The notes below the pieces were generated by a model, which was given only the letters and a program-made list of their open reading frames with translations, searched no databases and had not been told where the DNA came from. A DNA stretch of 64,000 nt from positions 715-64,714 of the forward strand of contig CABZAL010000004.1 in assembly GCA_902523675.1 (NCBI GenBank), read 5' to 3'. Both the position numbers and the translations under genes were made by a program. The DNA comes from an uncultured Alphaproteobacteria bacterium. Its GTDB lineage: Bacteria; Pseudomonadota; Alphaproteobacteria; Methylaequorales; Methylaequoraceae. Shown here in pieces: positions 58,842 through 64,000 of the stretch (positions are counted from its first letter, which is position 1; each line of letters begins with the position of its first letter).

Positions 58842-59702
58842 GTGAATTTTTTTTTTAATAATCAGAATAAACCTGTTTTTTTAATTATAGCTTCCTGTTT
58901 CTTTTTTTCTATTTTAGCAGCTTTAATTAAATATTTAAATTCTTTTTTGCATCCTTTTGAGCAAGCATTTTTCAGAAATATTTTTAGTGTAATTCTAATT
59001 TTGCCTATTTTTTTTATTTTAAAGGAAAATTTTTACACAACTAAAAAAAAAAAACTGCTTTTTTTAAGAAGTATTTTTGGGGCTTTAACAATGATTCTTC
59101 TTTTCTGGTCTTATACTCTAATACCCCTTTCTCAAGTAATGGCCATTAGCTTTAGCACACCATTATTTATTTTTTTAGGTGGAATCATTTTTTTTAAAGA
59201 AAAAATAGATCGATTAAATGTTATAATTATGTTCTGCGGATTTGCATTTACAATTTTGATTATTCGTCCTGATATCTCAATAAAATTTGGCACAATAATA
59301 GCTTTAATGTCTGCGATCAGCCATGCAATAACTGGTCTAATTGTAAAAGATCTAACAAGAACAGAGTCTGTGTTTTGTATAATGTTTTATATGGTCGTTT
59401 TCATGAGTCCATTAACTTTTGTCCCATCAATTTTTGTTTGGGAAATACCATCAGGAATTCAAATTTGGATAATTTTATTTTTACTTGCATTAGTAGGTAC
59501 TCTTGGAAATTTTTGTTGGACTAAAGCTCTCAGTTTGGCACCAACAACTAGAATCATGCCTTTTGAATTTTCTAAACTTATATTTGCCTCAATTATTGGA
59601 ATAATTTTCTTCAATGAAAACTTGGATATTATTACAATCTTTGGAGGACTAGGGATTATAATTTGTAACTTATTTATTGCGAAAAGGACTAATGAAAACT
59701 AG
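58842..59702 (+). CDS. DMT-superfamily (EamA) transporter
   Basis: 286 aa with about 10 TM segments, an EamA-like two-repeat layout and a GTG start. Confidence 0.75.
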   Translation: MNFFFNNQNKPVFLIIASCFFFSILAALIKYLNSFLHPFEQAFFRNIFSVILILPIFFILKENFYTTKKKKLLFLRSIFGALTMILLFWSYTLIPLSQVMAISFSTPLFIFLGGIIFFKEKIDRLNVIIMFCGFAFTILIIRPDISIKFGTIIALMSAISHAITGLIVKDLTRTESVFCIMFYMVVFMSPLTFVPSIFVWEIPSGIQIWIILFLLALVGTLGNFCWTKALSLAPTTRIMPFEFSKLIFASIIGIIFFNENLDIITIFGGLGIIICNLFIAKRTNEN

Positions 59703-60555
59703 TTTAAAAAAACAATTTTATCAAATTCTAAGTTGTTGCTGTTTTTCAATCTTAGGCATGCAAATAAAACTTTTATCAGGAGCTACAAATGTAGAAACAA
59801 TTGTTTTTTTCAGATCACTATTTGGATTATTAGTTTTAGTCATAATAATCATTTTAAGATATTTAAAAGACAACCAAAATCTTTTGAAAACTCAAGATTT
59901 TCTTATTCAATCCCTAAGAGGTGTTTTCGGCACATTTGGGATGTTTTTTGGTTATAAATCACTAACCTTAATACCATTAGCACAAGCTTCAACAATAAGT
60001 TATATCAAGGTATTTTTTGTTGCATTTCTTGCATATATTTTTCTCAAAGAAAAAATACAATCCCAAATTATTTTTTGTTCTATTATTGGATTCGTTGGGA
60101 TTTTTTTTATTACTAATCCTGATAATTTTATGAGCTTTAAGGGGAGTTTTTATGCTTCTATTTCAGCTCTATTTGTAGCCGCAGGGATTATTTCGGTATC
60201 ATTTCTTTCTAAAAAAAATGCTCCTATGACAATTCTTTTTTACAACTCACTTTTTGCCTCAATAATTAGTTGTATAATATTTTATGGAGAAATTCAGCTA
60301 CCGAGTAACATAAATGTATTACAATCTCTGATATTAATAACATTAACAGCTTTATTAGGTCAGTATTTTAATACAATAAGTTACAAAGACACTCAAGCTA
60401 ATGTAATTGTATTATTTGGATATAGTAGAATATTATTTTCCTTCGTCCTAGGTTTCTTTTTTTTAAACGAACAATTAGGGCTTAATTTCTTCTTAGGGTT
60501 TATATTAATTTTACTATCAACTGGATTTGTAAGTATTTTCTCAAGAAAAAATTAG
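59692..60555 (+). CDS. DMT-superfamily (EamA) transporter, tandem to the previous one
   Basis: About 287 aa from the ATG at 59692 (the track TTG start is at 59677), with about 10 TM segments. Confidence 0.75.
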   Translation: MKTSLKKQFYQILSCCCFSILGMQIKLLSGATNVETIVFFRSLFGLLVLVIIIILRYLKDNQNLLKTQDFLIQSLRGVFGTFGMFFGYKSLTLIPLAQASTISYIKVFFVAFLAYIFLKEKIQSQIIFCSIIGFVGIFFITNPDNFMSFKGSFYASISALFVAAGIISVSFLSKKNAPMTILFYNSLFASIISCIIFYGEIQLPSNINVLQSLILITLTALLGQYFNTISYKDTQANVIVLFGYSRILFSFVLGFFFLNEQLGLNFFLGFILILLSTGFVSIFSRKN

Positions 60556-60559
60556 TTCT

Positions 60560-61600
60560 TTAAGGGCATGGATAAGGATTTTCGTTGTGAATAGTTTCTA
60601 TTTTCTCTATTAGCTCTTCGTTAAGATTGATTTTTATTGACTGAATATTCTCTTTTAGTTGATCAATAGTTGTTGCACCAATAATATTACTTGTTAAAAA
60701 AGGACGCGAATTTACATAAGCTAGAGCCATTTGGGTCGGCGTAAGGTCATTTTGTATTGCTAACTGATTAAATTTCTTTGCAGATTCTATACCTTTTGAT
60801 TTGGTATATCTTGTGTAAATATTTTCATAGATTGTAAGCCTAGCTTTTTGTGGTTTTTTTCCATCATCATATTTTCCAGTCAACATTCCAAATGCAAGGG
60901 GTGAATAAGCTAAAAGACCACAATTTTCTCTTACAGAAATCTCTGCCATTCCAACTTCATAGCTTCTATTTAATAATGAGTACGGATTTTGTACTGAAAC
61001 AACTCTTGGAAGATTATATTTCTCAGCTAAATTTAAAAACTTCATTAATCCCCATGAGGTTTCGTTTGATAGACCGACATATCTAATTTTTCCTTGTTTA
61101 ACTAAATCATTCAGGCATTCCAGTTGATATTTCAATTCAATAAAATCTTCCTCTTCTTGATGCTCATATCCAAGTTTGCCAAAAAAGTTAGCTTTCCTGT
61201 CAGGCCAATGAATTTGATAAAGATCAATGTAATCTGTATTTAATCTTTTTAAACTTCCTTCTATTGCTTTTATAATTTGCTCTTTATTGATTCTTGTTTC
61301 TTTACCTCTGAACCATTTCATGCCAGACCTTCCAACAACCTTAGTTGCAAGAACAACTTTTTGTCTATTCTTTCTCTCTTTAAACCAATTTCCTATTATT
61401 ATCTCAGTACTTCCAAATGTTTCTTTTTTAGGAGGCACTGAATATAGTTCAGCAGTATCAAAAAAATTTACCCCATAATCGATTGCACAATCCATTTGAT
61501 CAAATCCTTCTTTTTCAGAATTTTGTTCACCCCAAGTCATCGTACCAAGACATATACGACTAACCTTTGTATTTGAATTTCCTAAATTATTGTATATCAT
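60560..61600 (-). CDS. aldo/keto reductase (Tas-like NADP-dependent oxidoreductase)
   Basis: 346 aa with LGTMTWGEQ, FFDTAELY and DLYQIHWPD motifs. Confidence 0.85.
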   Translation of the reverse strand: MIYNNLGNSNTKVSRICLGTMTWGEQNSEKEGFDQMDCAIDYGVNFFDTAELYSVPPKKETFGSTEIIIGNWFKERKNRQKVVLATKVVGRSGMKWFRGKETRINKEQIIKAIEGSLKRLNTDYIDLYQIHWPDRKANFFGKLGYEHQEEEDFIELKYQLECLNDLVKQGKIRYVGLSNETSWGLMKFLNLAEKYNLPRVVSVQNPYSLLNRSYEVGMAEISVRENCGLLAYSPLAFGMLTGKYDDGKKPQKARLTIYENIYTRYTKSKGIESAKKFNQLAIQNDLTPTQMALAYVNSRPFLTSNIIGATTIDQLKENIQSIKINLNEELIEKIETIHNENPYPCP

Positions 61601-61721
61601 TATGTAGTCAAATTTATGAATTTAAATATTGAAATCATCAAAATGTAACATATTTTAGCTTTAACAGTTAGCATTTTTATTGTATAATATGCTAAATAAC
61701 ATATTAATTAGGAGTTTTAAA

Positions 61722-62456
61722 ATGGCTTACGATTATGAAAAAAACGTCCAAGCTAACACGGACGTAAGATCAGAAATAGATCTTGGTCTTAAAGCTTATA
61801 TGAATAAAGTATATTCTTTCATGGCTGTAGGACTAGCATTAACAGGGACTATCGCACATTTATTCTCTCAAATGGCTTTTAACTTTGAGACCAATCAATT
61901 GACTAGTTTTGGTTCCACAATTTATGCATCACCTCTTGCATTTATAATTATGCTTGCGCCACTTGGATTCATGTTGGCGATAAGTTTTGGTATTAGTAAA
62001 ATGCAAGAGTCAACAGTCCAAATCCTGTATTGGTCTTTCGCTGCTGTAATGGGAGTATCTCTTGGAAGTATTTTCATACAATACACTGGAGAATCTGTAG
62101 CACGAGTCTTCTTTATAACCGCGGGCGCTTTTGGTGCATTAAGTTTATATGGATACACCACCAAAAAAGATCTATCAGGATGGGGTTCATTTTTATTTAT
62201 GGGACTAATTGGAATTTTAATTGCCTCAATTGTTAACATATTTATAGCAAGTACTTTTTTACAATTTGCTATATCAGTTATTGGTGTTCTTGTATTTGCA
62301 GGCCTAACCGCCTATGATACTCAACAAATTAAAAATATGTATTATGACGGTAATGGACAAGAGGGGAAAAAAGCAATCATGGGTTCACTAAGATTGTATC
62401 TTGATTTCATAAATCTTTTTATAATGCTTATTCAACTATTTGGTAATAGACGATAA
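61722..62456 (+). CDS. Bax-inhibitor-1/YccA-family membrane protein
   Basis: 7-TM protein with YDTQQIKNMY near the C-terminus. GGAG lies 8 nt before the ATG at 61722; the track start at 61680 is TTG. Confidence 0.8.
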   Translation: MAYDYEKNVQANTDVRSEIDLGLKAYMNKVYSFMAVGLALTGTIAHLFSQMAFNFETNQLTSFGSTIYASPLAFIIMLAPLGFMLAISFGISKMQESTVQILYWSFAAVMGVSLGSIFIQYTGESVARVFFITAGAFGALSLYGYTTKKDLSGWGSFLFMGLIGILIASIVNIFIASTFLQFAISVIGVLVFAGLTAYDTQQIKNMYYDGNGQEGKKAIMGSLRLYLDFINLFIMLIQLFGNRR

Positions 62457-62470
62457 CTTTTTTTGGTTGG

Positions 62471-63199
62471 TTGAATTTTCAACCAACCAAAACATTCATG
62501 TTCTCTTACAAACTTATATTTCTAGTATTTTCATTATTAGCTTTTTTTACATTACCTAATGATGTTGAAAGCTTTAATAAAGAACTTTCTAGTTTTGGAC
62601 TTCCTGAAAATCTCTATTTTCATGTCTACAGAAATGATAAGAAAATAGGTCATCACTCCGTAAAATTTTCTAAAAGTAAAGACGTATTACTAAATGTTGA
62701 TATTAATATTGTTTTAAATGTAAAGTTTCTAGGAATAAATATTTACAAATACATGCACCAAAATAATGAAAAATGGAAGTATTCTAGAAATAATAAAAAT
62801 TCATCAGATCTAAAATTTATTTCTTTAAGCACCACAACAAATATTAATGACGAAATAATATTTTGTAATGAGAAAGTTGAATTATATGAAAATGAAAAAT
62901 ATATTTTCCCTACTAGTTATTGGAATTCCAGTTTTTTAAAAAGAGATTTATTCTCATTAGAAGTGTATAATACTCAAGATTGTAATTTTTTTGATCTAAA
63001 GGTAAAAAAATTAGCTGATGAAAAAATTTACGATAAAGGTTTAACCGCCTCTAGATATAAATTATTTGGAGAAACAAGTCATGGAAATGTTTTAGATATT
63101 GATATTTGGTATGATAAGACAGGTAAATGGGTAAAAATGATTTTTTTAAAAGATGGCAGTGAAATAAAGTATATTCTTGATGAATACCATGAAAAATAA
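62471..63199 (+). CDS. hypothetical exported protein
   Basis: 242 aa with an N-terminal hydrophobic signal. The start is TTG and an alternative ATG lies at 62498. No motif recognised. Confidence 0.4.
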   Translation: MNFQPTKTFMFSYKLIFLVFSLLAFFTLPNDVESFNKELSSFGLPENLYFHVYRNDKKIGHHSVKFSKSKDVLLNVDINIVLNVKFLGINIYKYMHQNNEKWKYSRNNKNSSDLKFISLSTTTNINDEIIFCNEKVELYENEKYIFPTSYWNSSFLKRDLFSLEVYNTQDCNFFDLKVKKLADEKIYDKGLTASRYKLFGETSHGNVLDIDIWYDKTGKWVKMIFLKDGSEIKYILDEYHEK

Positions 63200-63959
63200 A
63201 AAAGTTGCTTGGATTACAGGAGGTGGTACTGGCATTGGTTCTGAACTAACAAAAAGATTAGTTGCCAAAGGTTGGGATGTTGTTATCAGTGGAAGAAGAA
63301 TAAAGAAACTTAAAGAAGTTCAAAATTTCAAAAAATCAAATATTCACGTTTACTCGCTTGATATAACAAGTGAAAAAGAATGTAACTTGGTTTTTAATAA
63401 AATTAAGTCACTTTTTAAAAAAATCGATCTTATTGTTCTTAATGCCGCTTCATATAACCCAGGACATCTAAACTTTGAAAAAACCGATTCTATAAAAAAC
63501 GTTATTAACACAAATTTGATGGGTCAAATAAATTGTTTGAAACACGTTTTATCTCAAATGAAAATTCAAGGTTTCGGTCAAATAGTTTTTATTTCGTCTC
63601 CTGCTGGATTCAGGGGGTTGCCAAACTCAGGAATTTATGGGGTCACAAAATCTGCGTTAACTTTCCTGGCTGAATCTTTATATTTAGAGTTACGAAGTAA
63701 AAATATTTTTGTACAAGTAGTTCATCCTGGTTTTGTGAAGACTCCAATGACTGACAAAAATGAATTTTTTATGCCTTTTTTAATGTCTTCAGAAGAAGCA
63801 GCAAGAAGAATATTTAACGGTATATTCTCAAAAAAATTTGAAATTTCATTTCCTAAAAGACTAATAATCCCAATGAAGTTCTTAAGAATACTACCTAATA
63901 GTTTATATTTTTTTCTGATGAAAAAATTTTTAAAGAATATCAAAAAACAATATGAATAA
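63189..63959 (+). CDS. SDR-family oxidoreductase
   Basis: It has ITGGGTGIG, LNAA and YGVTK motifs. The ATG at 63189 gives MKNKKVAWITGGG. Confidence 0.8.
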   Translation: MKNKKVAWITGGGTGIGSELTKRLVAKGWDVVISGRRIKKLKEVQNFKKSNIHVYSLDITSEKECNLVFNKIKSLFKKIDLIVLNAASYNPGHLNFEKTDSIKNVINTNLMGQINCLKHVLSQMKIQGFGQIVFISSPAGFRGLPNSGIYGVTKSALTFLAESLYLELRSKNIFVQVVHPGFVKTPMTDKNEFFMPFLMSSEEAARRIFNGIFSKKFEISFPKRLIIPMKFLRILPNSLYFFLMKKFLKNIKKQYE

Positions 63960-64000
63960 AATAATAAAAAAATACATAAGATGTTTTATGGAAATTAATA

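Noticed and set aside
59043-59054. Other long homopolymers inside genes, considered as phase-variation sites: A12 in the EamA gene at 59043..59054, T11 in the DedA gene around 7037..7047 and A11 in the renalase-like gene around 18248..18258.
   Set aside because: They encode Lys or Phe runs typical of this AT-rich proteome, and they are mid-gene in housekeeping-type proteins. Only the T13 at the 5-prime end of the PagL-like gene seemed worth flagging.
63952-64000. An ATG overlapping the stop of the last SDR gene opens a frame (MNKIIKKYIRCFMEIN...) that runs off the window.
   Set aside because: Only 16 codons are visible, which is too little to support a CDS call or a function.
1-64000. A scan for CRISPR arrays, rRNA genes, tmRNA, RNase P or SRP RNAs and large tandem or inverted repeats.
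   Set aside because: I noticed no regularly spaced repeats, no GC-rich structured-RNA islands and no long non-coding gaps. The only structured RNAs I can support are the two tRNAs and the tRNA-derived relics.

Overview
This is a very AT-rich, extremely gene-dense bacterial chromosome segment. Most intergenic gaps are under 100 nt, and many genes have overlapping or abutting stop and start codons. The gene content includes a complete ccmABCDEFGHI operon, carD-fdxA with a SUV3-like helicase, an IalB-family protein, acnA, folD, argG, ppk1-ppx and an LctP-type permease. This content and the streamlined style fit a marine alphaproteobacterium of the Pelagibacterales (SAR11) type; that taxonomic call is inference only. 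I support about 65 CDS, 2 intact tRNAs (Leu-CAA, Arg-CCT), 3 tRNA-Leu-derived relics and 1 clearly disrupted gene. I saw no rRNA, CRISPR array, IS element, transposase or integrase.

Layout:
- 1-8.2 kb: core metabolism (divergent ccr/ecm pair, coq7, dsbB-like).
- 8.3-21.4 kb: accessory-looking region. It holds two convergent TPR-sulfotransferase paralogs, an array of tRNA-Leu copies and relics bracketing short gene cassettes, and then a run of small oxidoreductase and hydrolase genes.
- 21.4-64 kb: mostly core genes.

Most interesting observations:
1. An oversized GltB-like glutamate synthase (1818 aa, with an internal insertion and a C-terminal extension) is followed 32 nt later by a CysJ-type diflavin reductase. 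The window contains no GltD or CysI. This may be an undescribed way of supplying electrons to a GOGAT-type enzyme.
2. One intact tRNA-Leu(CAA) plus three degenerate same-orientation copies delimit cassettes of about 1-2 kb without any integrase.
3. The two TPR-sulfotransferase paralogs.
4. An orphan 471-aa protein is paired with a stand-alone cNMP-binding protein.
5. There are several single-nucleotide lesions: an in-frame TAA plus GxGxxE in an LhgO-like gene, HQxxH in an M48-like protease, and a beheaded methyltransferase.

All functional calls rest on motifs I recognise by eye in the translated ORFs. No database search was run.
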